Origin: an uncultured Bacilli bacterium
GTDB taxonomy: Bacteria > Bacillota_I > Bacilli_A > RFN20 > CAG-826
NCBI GenBank assembly: GCA_944349595.1
Contig: CALVNF010000002.1
Span: forward strand, 175,468 to 239,467
Direction of reading: 5' to 3'
DNA: 64,000 nucleotides
A program made the position numbers and the translations under genes. Below, one piece after another: positions 46,956 through 55,363 of this stretch. The stretch's first letter is position 1. Each line of letters opens with the position of its first letter. The notes under the pieces are model-generated. The model was not told the DNA's origin and searched no databases. It was given only the letters and a program-made list of their open reading frames with translations.

Positions 46956-48872
46956 ATGGAAAAAATGAAATTCCAAGCAGAATCAAAACAATTATTAAAT
47001 TTAATGATAAACTCAATTTATAGTAATAAAGATATATTTCTAAGAGAAATTATCTCTAATGCATCCGATGCAATAGATAAATATCACTATGATGTCTTAA
47101 TGAGTGATTCAAAACTTAAAGACAGAAATTATGAAATCTATATTTCAGTTGATAAAAAGAATAGAGTCTTAACAATTTCTGATAATGGAATTGGCATGAC
47201 TAAAAATGAATTAATTGAAAATTTAGGTACTATTGCTAAATCAGGTTCTAAAGAATTTTTAGAAAAATTAGCTCAATTAAAAGATTCAAATAATATTGAT
47301 ATTATTGGTCAATTTGGTGTTGGTTTTTATAGTGCTTTTATGGTTGCTAAAAAGATTCAAGTTATAACTAGATCATATAAAGATGAGAAAGGTTATATTT
47401 TTGAGTCAGATGGTGAAGATTCATACACTATTGATGAATTTGAAACAGAAAACTTTGGAACTAAAGTAAACATTTATTTAAAAGATGATTCAAAAGAAGA
47501 AAATTATTCAAAATATTTAGAACAATACGAACTCGAAGACTTGGTTAAGAAATATTCTGATTACATCAGATATCCAATTAAAATGGAAGTCACTGTATCT
47601 AAACAAGATTTAGATAAAGATGGAAAACCAATTGAAAATAAATATCACGATGAAAAAGAAATCAAAACATTAAATTCAATGATACCTCTTTGGAAGAAAA
47701 ACAAAAAAGAAGTCACTGAACAAGAATTAAATGAATTTTATAAGAATAAATTTTATGATTTTGAAGATCCACTTTTAGCACTTAACATAAATGTTGAAGG
47801 TATGATGTCTTATAAATCGTTGATTTTTATTCCATCACACGCTCCTTATGATTTATACAGCGAAAATTATGAAAAAGGATTAACTTTATATGTAAAAGGT
47901 GTATTTATTAAAGATAAAGTTAAAGAATTGGTTCCTGATTATTTAAAATTTATCAAAGGTTTAGTAGATTCAGATGATCTTTCTTTAAATATCTCAAGAG
48001 AAATTTTACAACAAACTGCTCAATTAAGAAGAATTAAAGATAGCATTGAATCAAAAGTTATTACTGAATTAAAAAAATTAAAAGATAATGATTTTGATAA
48101 ATATAATAAATTCTTCGATCTTTATGGAAGCCACTTAAAATATGGTATTTACACAAGTTATGGCTCTAAGAAAGATGAATTACAAGATTTGTTAATTTAT
48201 AAATCATTAAATAACCAAGAAAAATCAATATCTTTAAAAGAATATGTCGATAAAATGCAAAAAGATCAAAAATATATCTACTATGCAGCTGGTTCAACAA
48301 ATGAAGCAATAAATTTAATGCCACAAATCGATATATTTAAGAAAAAAGGTTATGATGTATTATTTTTAACTCAACCAGTAGATGAATTCTGTTTCATGAT
48401 GATGAAAGATTATAATGGTAAAGAATTTAAATCTATTACAAATGAAGAAATTGACATTTTAAATGATGAAGAAAAAAAGAAAATCGAAGATTTAAACAAT
48501 CAAAACAAAGAATTGTTAGATAAAATTAAAAATTCTTTAAAAGATAAAGTTGATGATGTCATTATTTCTTCAAAATTAACTACTGCTCCTGTTTGTCTTT
48601 CAAATAAAGAAGGTTTAACTCTTGAAATGGAAAACACTTTAAATAATATGCCAGGAAATGATGAAAAACATAAAGCAATTAAAGTATTAGAAATTAATCC
48701 AAATCATGAATTATTTAAAAATTTATCAACATTATCAAGCGATGAAGACATTAATTTCTATTCTAATTTGTTATATGATCAAGCAATGTTAATTCAAGGT
48801 TTCCAAATTAAAGATCCAGAAAATTTTTCAAAATTATTAACTGAATTAATGTTAAAATCATTAAATAAATAA
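46956..48872 (+). CDS. htpG: Molecular chaperone HtpG (Hsp90)
   Basis: N-terminal GHKL ATPase (LRELISNASDAIDK, GQFGVGFYSAFMVA). 638 aa. Confidence 0.9.
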   Translation: MEKMKFQAESKQLLNLMINSIYSNKDIFLREIISNASDAIDKYHYDVLMSDSKLKDRNYEIYISVDKKNRVLTISDNGIGMTKNELIENLGTIAKSGSKEFLEKLAQLKDSNNIDIIGQFGVGFYSAFMVAKKIQVITRSYKDEKGYIFESDGEDSYTIDEFETENFGTKVNIYLKDDSKEENYSKYLEQYELEDLVKKYSDYIRYPIKMEVTVSKQDLDKDGKPIENKYHDEKEIKTLNSMIPLWKKNKKEVTEQELNEFYKNKFYDFEDPLLALNINVEGMMSYKSLIFIPSHAPYDLYSENYEKGLTLYVKGVFIKDKVKELVPDYLKFIKGLVDSDDLSLNISREILQQTAQLRRIKDSIESKVITELKKLKDNDFDKYNKFFDLYGSHLKYGIYTSYGSKKDELQDLLIYKSLNNQEKSISLKEYVDKMQKDQKYIYYAAGSTNEAINLMPQIDIFKKKGYDVLFLTQPVDEFCFMMMKDYNGKEFKSITNEEIDILNDEEKKKIEDLNNQNKELLDKIKNSLKDKVDDVIISSKLTTAPVCLSNKEGLTLEMENTLNNMPGNDEKHKAIKVLEINPNHELFKNLSTLSSDEDINFYSNLLYDQAMLIQGFQIKDPENFSKLLTELMLKSLNK

Positions 48873-48931
48873 GCATATTATTGAAGAATAAAAAATAATT
48901 ATGTAATAATAAATATATCGGGAGGTTTCTT

Positions 48932-49285
48932 ATGAAATTTTATAAAACAAAAGATAACAAAATTGTATTAAGTTTTGTCGAACAAAATTTAGATTGCTTG
49001 AAAGAAGTTACAGCAAACACGACAGATGGCGCTTTAGAAAAACATGTTCCATTTGTTAAAAAAGAAGGAAATAAGATTCTTGTTGATGTTGGGGAAGTAT
49101 TACACCCAATGTTAGATAATCATTATATTGAATTTATTTTATTAAAAACAAATAAAGAAATTCATATAAAAGAATTAAATCCTGGCGATGAACCAAAAGC
49201 TGTTTTTGAACTTTCAGAAAATGAAGTTGCTATTGAAGTCTATGAATATTGTAATTTACATGGACTTTGGAAAACAGTTTTATAA
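48932..49285 (+). CDS. Superoxide reductase (1Fe-SOR / neelaredoxin-type desulfoferrodoxin)
   Basis: Active-site ligand motifs EKHVP, HPMLDNHYIEF and CNLHGLW. Confidence 0.75.
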   Translation: MKFYKTKDNKIVLSFVEQNLDCLKEVTANTTDGALEKHVPFVKKEGNKILVDVGEVLHPMLDNHYIEFILLKTNKEIHIKELNPGDEPKAVFELSENEVAIEVYEYCNLHGLWKTVL

Positions 49286-49327
49286 TAACTAAAAAATTAA
49301 ATTAAAAAACTTTACTATTTCGGAGGA

Positions 49328-49753
49328 TTGATTATGCTAATCGATGAAATTAAAAGAGAAAATGTAAATGCTATAAAACAAAGAGATCATGTAAAAAAGG
49401 GTATTATGAGTATTATCATAAACAAATACATGATTTTATCCTCTGATAAAAATCATGTAGAAAATAAACCTACTGATAATGAAGTTATATCAATAATTCA
49501 AAAAACAATTAAAGAATTAGAAGAAGAAAAACAAGGTTATTTATCTGTTAACAATACTCAAAAAGTTGATGACATTCAATATCAAATTAATATTATTTCA
49601 ACTTTTTTACCAAAAATGTTAACAGATGGTGAAATTTTAAAAATTATTGATTCTTTAGAAGATAAATCACTACCTTCTGTAATGAAATATTTCAAAATTC
49701 ATTACACTGGAAGAGTTGATATGAAAAAAGTTTCTGAATTAATCAAAAAATAA
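49328..49753 (+). CDS. GatB/YqeY-domain protein
   Basis: 141 aa, with a YqeY-like helical-domain pattern. Confidence 0.55.
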   Translation: MIMLIDEIKRENVNAIKQRDHVKKGIMSIIINKYMILSSDKNHVENKPTDNEVISIIQKTIKELEEEKQGYLSVNNTQKVDDIQYQINIISTFLPKMLTDGEILKIIDSLEDKSLPSVMKYFKIHYTGRVDMKKVSELIKK

Positions 49754-49807
49754 ATTTTTTAATTAAAAAAGCCTAATATTGTAGTATAATTATTAGGCTT
49801 GTTTTTT

Positions 49808-49881
49808 GGGGAATTAGTTTAATGGTAGAGCAGCGGTCTCCAAAACCGTTGATATGGGTTCGATTCCTATATTCCCCGCCA
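49808..49881 (+). tRNA. tRNA-Trp (anticodon CCA)
   Basis: GGGGAATTAGTTTAATGGTAGAGC, anticodon loop CTCCAAA, GGGTTCGATTCC, and ATTCCCCGCCA. The anticodon is CCA rather than UCA. Confidence 0.85.
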
Positions 49882-49896
49882 TTGATTTTGACTTAA

Positions 49897-49925
49897 TAAG
49901 TGCGTTAATTACGCACTTTTTTTAT
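49897..49925. terminator. Bidirectional intrinsic terminator (tRNA-Trp + strand / pilin gene - strand)
   Basis: AAGTGCGTTAATTACGCACTTTTTTT. Confidence 0.7.
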
Positions 49926-50143
49926 TAAAATACTAATTCGCCAAAACCTTGTGCTTGAGTAGTGTTTTCATTGAAACTACTAATCTCTTCACTTAATTTA
50001 TTTTCAATTTCATTTGTTGTGTTATTAAACATTGAAATCATAACACCTGCTACTGAACCAAAAATAGCTAATACTAATAAAACTCCTAAAATTTGACCTT
50101 TAATTTCTGACATTTTTTTCTCCTTTTTATCTAAATTCTCCAT
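49925..50143 (-). CDS. Flp/class-III-signal-peptide pilin-like protein (72 aa)
   Basis: MENLDKKEKKMSEIKG|QILGVLLVLAIFGSVAGVMISMF: a charged leader ending in KG, then a ~22-residue hydrophobic segment and a short polar tail. It is the last gene of the TadA-containing cluster. Confidence 0.45.
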   Translation of the reverse strand: MENLDKKEKKMSEIKGQILGVLLVLAIFGSVAGVMISMFNNTTNEIENKLSEEISSFNENTTQAQGFGELVF

Positions 50144-50486
50144 TATAAAGACCTACAATTACTGATCTTTTTATTGACAATGAGTTCAAATTATTTAAGA
50201 AAAATAATGGTTTAATTTCGCTGACCAATTCAAACTCAAGTCTTTCACCTACGATTGATGTATCATTAATTATATTTATATGAATTAATGAACTTTGTTT
50301 TTCAATGTATTGATTTACTTCATCTAGTGCTCTTGTCCCTCCTCTCATTGAAAATATATTACAAATCGTTGACGAAATTGCATCTAAATTAACATAGTCG
50401 GCTTGTATAACAATTAAATCTATAAAAAATAATGCGCAAATAAAGAAAATAAATAATGAAAGTAAACTACCTAATTTAGAACCCAC
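50127..50486 (-). CDS. TadE-like / pseudopilin-like membrane-anchored protein
   Basis: 119 aa. N-terminal hydrophobic helix (LLSLFIFFICALFFIDLIV) then a small extracellular domain. Overlaps its neighbours, consistent with an operon. Confidence 0.35.
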   Translation of the reverse strand: MGSKLGSLLSLFIFFICALFFIDLIVIQADYVNLDAISSTICNIFSMRGGTRALDEVNQYIEKQSSLIHINIINDTSIVGERLEFELVSEIKPLFFLNNLNSLSIKRSVIVGLYNGEFR

Positions 50487-51147
50487 TTATAACACTCCCC
50501 ATTAAATTAATAACACCGACTATAATTGCTAATATAAAAATAGCTCCGCCAACCAAAGAATAATTTGCCTTTGATAAAAGATTTTGTTTTTTTCTTTCTT
50601 CTTGTTCTTTTTGATTATTTTCTAAAATTTTGTCAAATAAATAGATAAAAGAATTAATATGTTTTGTATCCGATAATGAATCATTCATTTCATAAATCGA
50701 TAACATTAATTGATCAATAATTTCTCTATTAAAATTTTTTGCAAAATTTAAATACGGAACAACCGATTTATCATTATCAATTTGTGATAACATTATTTTT
50801 ATTTTTTCAGATAATTCATTTGATGAATATTTTAATATCTCGTTAAAAGCTTGATATATATTAAATCCTGCTTCTAAATAAATTCTAAAATATATCAGAG
50901 AATTGATAAAATCATTAAATAATCGATTCTCTTTTGCTTTTTTTGAGGATTCATATAAGAAATACATTATAACTGGGGTAATTAATAATAAAACTGAACT
51001 AACAATTATATATATTATATTTTTATATAGAAAAGATAATCCTACTCCAGCTGTTAAAAGAATTAATTCAATAATTAATATTTTTAATATTTCTTTTTTG
51101 TAATTTTTACCAATTGCTTCAAAATAATCTTTAATTTTTTCCATCAT
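50476..51147 (-). CDS. TadC/TadB-like (T2SS-F-type) inner-membrane platform protein
   Basis: 223 aa. N-terminal TM pair, a ~120-aa cytoplasmic helical domain, and a C-terminal TM segment (GspF-like topology). Confidence 0.4.
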   Translation of the reverse strand: MMEKIKDYFEAIGKNYKKEILKILIIELILLTAGVGLSFLYKNIIYIIVSSVLLLITPVIMYFLYESSKKAKENRLFNDFINSLIYFRIYLEAGFNIYQAFNEILKYSSNELSEKIKIMLSQIDNDKSVVPYLNFAKNFNREIIDQLMLSIYEMNDSLSDTKHINSFIYLFDKILENNQKEQEERKKQNLLSKANYSLVGGAIFILAIIVGVINLMGSVISGF

Positions 51148-51842
51148 AATTTGTACTCCATGATATAATCTGTTTTATAAAGTCTTTTCATATATAAATA
51201 TAAACTGACAATATAGAATAAAAACCCACAAAAACTAATTATTTTAAAATACAAGCTTTCAATAATCTCACTTGTAAAATTTCCTAATGATAATTTAGCA
51301 ACGAGTAAAATTAAAAACGCAAATAACCACATTGATATAAACGAAAATAAATAACTCACAGATTCTTTTTCAGTTTTTATATTTAAATATGAGAGTCTTT
51401 TTGTTTCATTTAATAAATTTTTTGAAATATTTAAGAAATTTCCACCAACATCTTCAAATATTTTTAAACATTGTTTAAAAATATTAAATATATTAAAAGT
51501 GTAATGTTTATCTAAAAAATATAGCAGATCTTCACTATTTTTATTGTTTTCATCAAAATTTTCTAATGTCTTTTTATTTAATTTTTTCTTTGCATTATTC
51601 AGTGCCGCTGTTGTTGAATCAACAAAATTAAAGCTAATTATTGTATTTTCAATAAAATTACAGCATTCAGAAAATCTACTTATTTTATATGTGTATTTTT
51701 TGTCAATAAAGTAAATAAATATTAAATAGGATAAACTAATTCCACAAAATAAAATAACAAAAATAAGATCTGGAATTATATAACATATTATTAATGTCGA
51801 TATTAAAATTGACATTATGTTTAGTATAAAATTTTTGCTCAT
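51144..51842 (-). CDS. TadB/TadC-like (T2SS-F-type) inner-membrane platform protein
   Basis: 232 aa. N-terminal TM helices, a cytoplasmic domain, and C-terminal TM helices. Sits immediately 3' of the ATPase. Confidence 0.4.
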   Translation of the reverse strand: MSKNFILNIMSILISTLIICYIIPDLIFVILFCGISLSYLIFIYFIDKKYTYKISRFSECCNFIENTIISFNFVDSTTAALNNAKKKLNKKTLENFDENNKNSEDLLYFLDKHYTFNIFNIFKQCLKIFEDVGGNFLNISKNLLNETKRLSYLNIKTEKESVSYLFSFISMWLFAFLILLVAKLSLGNFTSEIIESLYFKIISFCGFLFYIVSLYLYMKRLYKTDYIMEYKL

Positions 51843-51850
51843 ATTAACTC

Positions 51851-52861
51851 CTAATTAACCTGTAATTGAAATCCTTTAAACGCAGAATATGCTTCTGGGA
51901 GTTTAAAAAATTTTCTTACACCTTTTTCTTCTTTGTATATTTTTTTATAATCTTTCCCATCTGATATTAAAATTTCATTTATATATCTTTTAACTCGACC
52001 ATTTGTGAATTCTTTTTTTACACCAATTAAAACATTTATATTTTCGTAAATATCTTGTTCAAAAATATTCATGTTAATATCATTTTTTTGAAGTAAAAAT
52101 TTGATTCTTGATACTAAACTTAAACCAGTTTTTGCATGCATGGTTGTTATTGTAGAGATACCCGTTAAAAGAGAATTATAAACATCTAAAAATTCATCAC
52201 CTCTTGCTTCTGCTAAAATTAAATAATCTGGATTAAGTCTTAAGCTTGTTTTAATTAAGTTATTAACATTACAAAATCGTGATTTTTCTGGAATCATTAT
52301 TGATATATCAGAATTCTTATAATCAAGATCCAGTTCATTAATAGTATCAATAATTACAAGCCTCTCATTATTTTCAAACATTTTTAATAAATATTTTTGA
52401 AATTCAGTTTTTCCGCTTGATGGTTCTCCATAAATAATAATTGAAAGTTTATTTTTTAAGATAAATTTAAAAAATTCATACAATTTTTCGTCAAAGAAGT
52501 CATTATTATTGGTGATTCTAATTTCTTTTGAAAATTTACGGATTGAGAAAATCAGTCTTTTATTTCCATATTTTTTAGAAATCGATTCATGAACAACGTT
52601 TAATCTAATATTTAAAAAAGAAACATCAACAATTGGATTTGAAATTGAAAAATTAATATCTAAAAAATTTGTTATATCTTTAATTAAATTTCTTATTTCA
52701 TCGTACTCGACTTTTTTATCATATAATTGTCTGCCTTTAAAGTTATCTAAATAATAAATTTTTTCACCATTATAAGATATATCAGTTATTGAATCAATAT
52801 TTAAAAGCTCTGCAAAACAGCTATTATTTAATCTATCAATTACTTTTTCAATCATTTCCAT
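51851..52861 (-). CDS. TadA/CpaF/VirB11-family secretion ATPase
   Basis: Walker A GEPSSGKTE, VIIDTINEL, Asp/Arg box LRLNPDYLILAEARGDEF, and His box TITTMHAKTG. These are co-linear with CpaF motifs (GGTGSGKTT / VTIEDAAEL / RMRPDRIILGEVRGPEA / TLHANTP). 336 aa. Confidence 0.7.
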   Translation of the reverse strand: MEMIEKVIDRLNNSCFAELLNIDSITDISYNGEKIYYLDNFKGRQLYDKKVEYDEIRNLIKDITNFLDINFSISNPIVDVSFLNIRLNVVHESISKKYGNKRLIFSIRKFSKEIRITNNNDFFDEKLYEFFKFILKNKLSIIIYGEPSSGKTEFQKYLLKMFENNERLVIIDTINELDLDYKNSDISIMIPEKSRFCNVNNLIKTSLRLNPDYLILAEARGDEFLDVYNSLLTGISTITTMHAKTGLSLVSRIKFLLQKNDINMNIFEQDIYENINVLIGVKKEFTNGRVKRYINEILISDGKDYKKIYKEEKGVRKFFKLPEAYSAFKGFQLQVN

Positions 52862-53222
52862 CTTCTATAAAATAAGTTATTCCTTTCTTGAATTTTCCAT
52901 AAACAAAATCTGATGTAACAACAATTGTTACTCCTTTTGGTTTATCATCAAATGTCATTACTTTATTTTCGTTGTAGTATTCTAAATATATCTTAATTGT
53001 TTTAACAAGACTATTAACATTGCTTTGAAAATGATTTTTTAAATTTTCTTTTAATAAATCTTTATCAATATAAACATCTTTCATCGAATAATGACAAGAA
53101 TTAGTAATAAAATTACTTGTTATTTCGTTAAATGCGTTATTTAACGAAGTAAAAGATACAGAAGTAATAGAAAAATTAATTCCAAGAATTAATGATAAAC
53201 CACCAAGTAAAACGCCCCACAT
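52848..53222 (-). CDS. Small membrane-anchored protein (possible minor pilin/TadG-like)
   Basis: 124 aa with a single N-terminal hydrophobic helix. Overlaps the ATPase gene. Confidence 0.3.
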   Translation of the reverse strand: MWGVLLGGLSLILGINFSITSVSFTSLNNAFNEITSNFITNSCHYSMKDVYIDKDLLKENLKNHFQSNVNSLVKTIKIYLEYYNENKVMTFDDKPKGVTIVVTSDFVYGKFKKGITYFIEDGND

Positions 53223-53224
53223 AA

Positions 53225-54433
53225 TTAAACAATAAACACCTCATTGTACTTATTATCACCAGTATTAAATTGTCCATTTAAATAATATTCATTTTTGTGA
53301 TTAAAATATAATTCTTTTCTAAATCCTATTTTTTCATTTGAACAAGATATATAGAATTTATCTAAAGAAATGCTAGGTCTACAATACATCCATCTATATC
53401 CTTTGTAAGAATTTAAATTATTTGCAAAATATATTGCATCTGAAATTTTATACCCGGTTTTTAAATATCTATTTACATCTTTTTCTAATACATTAACCAT
53501 ATAAGATGGATTGTCACTATAATGCATTTTTACTTTACCATCAGTGACTATATCTTCTAAAACCATGTATCCGTCTTTATAAATATAGCTATAATCGTAA
53601 TGTCCACCTATATCACTGCTACCGCATTGAGCATCATAACCAGTAAAACGACAACTAATTGTATCTTCGTTAAATTTAATATTTAGACACATTTTTAAAG
53701 ATGTTTTAACATCTCTATAATGCGAACTTCTCACACATTTTGAATTGAGTTTTGAATCTAATATTGGATTTTCTGGATCATTATCCGTATATCGATACTT
53801 ATAACAACTATAATCAACTTTACCATAATATAAATCGTGTATGTCATTATATCGTAATGTTGAAAAATCATACACTTGAATTAAATTTGTAAATCTTCCA
53901 TTTAAAATTACTGGAACTCCCCGCTCATATTCAAATATTTTTTGTGTTAATAAATCATCTTGATTAATATGTAATGTTGTTGAATCTTTAAATTCAGAAT
54001 TATATAAGCTTATAAATCCATCATTAACACCATCATTAAATCTAAAATCAATGAAATCTTCACTTTTATCAAAATAAAATTCGCAAGTTGCTTGATATTT
54101 TCGACTTATAGAAGACATTCGTGAAGGTAAATCAACTTTAAAAATTCCGCCTTTTGTTTCGACTTCAAAAGATACTTTAATAGCATTTCTAACTAAAGGT
54201 GTATAACTAAATTTTATTTTATAATAATAATGAGGTTGATAACTTGATGGTTGTCCATACTGATGATAAACAATTTCGGTTCTATCAAATTCCATAACAA
54301 AATCTTCTATTTTGTATTCGTCTTGATAAATATAAGTTCCATCTTCTATTTTATTATTATTTATACCAGCGCTTGTTAAAAATAAAAATGATAAAACTGA
54401 AAATAAAACTAAACTACCCTTTGATACTTTCAT
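53225..54433 (-). CDS. Secreted Tyr/Asp/Cys-rich protein of unknown function
   Basis: 402 aa. N-terminal signal peptide (MKVSKGSLVLFSVLSFLFLTSAG). No known motif. Lies in the same operon as the Tad-like genes. Confidence 0.35.
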   Translation of the reverse strand: MKVSKGSLVLFSVLSFLFLTSAGINNNKIEDGTYIYQDEYKIEDFVMEFDRTEIVYHQYGQPSSYQPHYYYKIKFSYTPLVRNAIKVSFEVETKGGIFKVDLPSRMSSISRKYQATCEFYFDKSEDFIDFRFNDGVNDGFISLYNSEFKDSTTLHINQDDLLTQKIFEYERGVPVILNGRFTNLIQVYDFSTLRYNDIHDLYYGKVDYSCYKYRYTDNDPENPILDSKLNSKCVRSSHYRDVKTSLKMCLNIKFNEDTISCRFTGYDAQCGSSDIGGHYDYSYIYKDGYMVLEDIVTDGKVKMHYSDNPSYMVNVLEKDVNRYLKTGYKISDAIYFANNLNSYKGYRWMYCRPSISLDKFYISCSNEKIGFRKELYFNHKNEYYLNGQFNTGDNKYNEVFIV

Positions 54434-54719
54434 GTTTACTCCCTATTGAATAAAAATAATAAAATTTATTTAATGTAATATTTTTAAAATTTCCATATTG
54501 TTTATTCGTGTAATATTTTTTCCACCAAGTATTATCTAAAGTAAAATAAATACTATTAAATAATTTTTTCTCTTCCGTATTTAATTTATTTAATGCCAAT
54601 TCAAATTTAATAATTTTCCTATGATCTTGTTGAGTATCAATTCTTTTTATTATTTTATATTGACATATAAGATATTCGTTTTTTAAATTTTCAATTTCTT
54701 TTAATTTTTGTTTTTCCAT
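54414..54719 (-). CDS. Small hypothetical cytoplasmic protein
   Basis: 101 aa, basic and coiled-coil-like. It is the first gene of the cluster and overlaps the next gene by 20 nt. Confidence 0.3.
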   Translation of the reverse strand: MEKQKLKEIENLKNEYLICQYKIIKRIDTQQDHRKIIKFELALNKLNTEEKKLFNSIYFTLDNTWWKKYYTNKQYGNFKNITLNKFYYFYSIGSKHESIKG

Positions 54720-54810
54720 TTTTTTATCTCCCTACTTAATAAGTCGTAGTAAAAAATAATTTTTTCCAAAAATTTTAAAATTTTTTTGAAAATTTTTTTA
54801 TTAATTAATG

Positions 54811-54819
54811 TGATATAAT
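54811..54819 (+). promoter_or_regulatory. Extended -10 promoter (TGnTATAAT) placing the TSS at or next to the gmk-like ATG (leaderless mRNA candidate)
   Basis: TGATATAAT at 54811-54819, with only 7 nt between the -10 element and the ATG at 54827. No SD is present. Confidence 0.4.
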
Positions 54820-54826
54820 ATTTTAC

Positions 54827-55363
54827 ATGATTATTTTAGTTGGGGCGTCTGCTTCAGGGAAAACTGAAGTTGCTAAAAAATTAATAAAAAATTACGGTTT
54901 TGTTAAAGTTGTAACTTATACAACAAGAAAAAAACGTGAAAGCGAAGTTAATAATATTGATTATCACTTTATTACTGAAAACAAATTCTTAAAACTAAAA
55001 GAAGAAAATTTCTTTTTAGAAACAACTTTATATAATGGTAATTATTATGGAACCCCATTAAATGAAATAGATGTAAATAAAGTTTTAATTGTTGATCCAA
55101 AAGGTTTAAAAATATTTAAAAAATTAAAAAATCCTTCAATTATTACATTTTATATAACTGGTAGTGAAGAAAATCGAAGAAAAAGAATGGAACAACGTGG
55201 AGATTCTAAAGAAGAAATAGAAAAAAGAATTCAAAACGATAAAAAAGACTTTGCATATAAAAATATTGGTAAGACTGATTTTGTTATTGATGGCGATAAC
55301 AAAACAATTACCGAAATGGCACAAGAAATTTATTATAAATATTCTAGTAAAGTGAAGTTCTAA
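54827..55363 (+). CDS. gmk: Guanylate kinase family protein with atypical P-loop
   Basis: TYTTRKKRESEVNNIDYHFI and YNGNYYGT match Gmk. The P-loop reads GASASGKT instead of GPSGVGK. 178 aa. Confidence 0.6.
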   Translation: MIILVGASASGKTEVAKKLIKNYGFVKVVTYTTRKKRESEVNNIDYHFITENKFLKLKEENFFLETTLYNGNYYGTPLNEIDVNKVLIVDPKGLKIFKKLKNPSIITFYITGSEENRRKRMEQRGDSKEEIEKRIQNDKKDFAYKNIGKTDFVIDGDNKTITEMAQEIYYKYSSKVKF

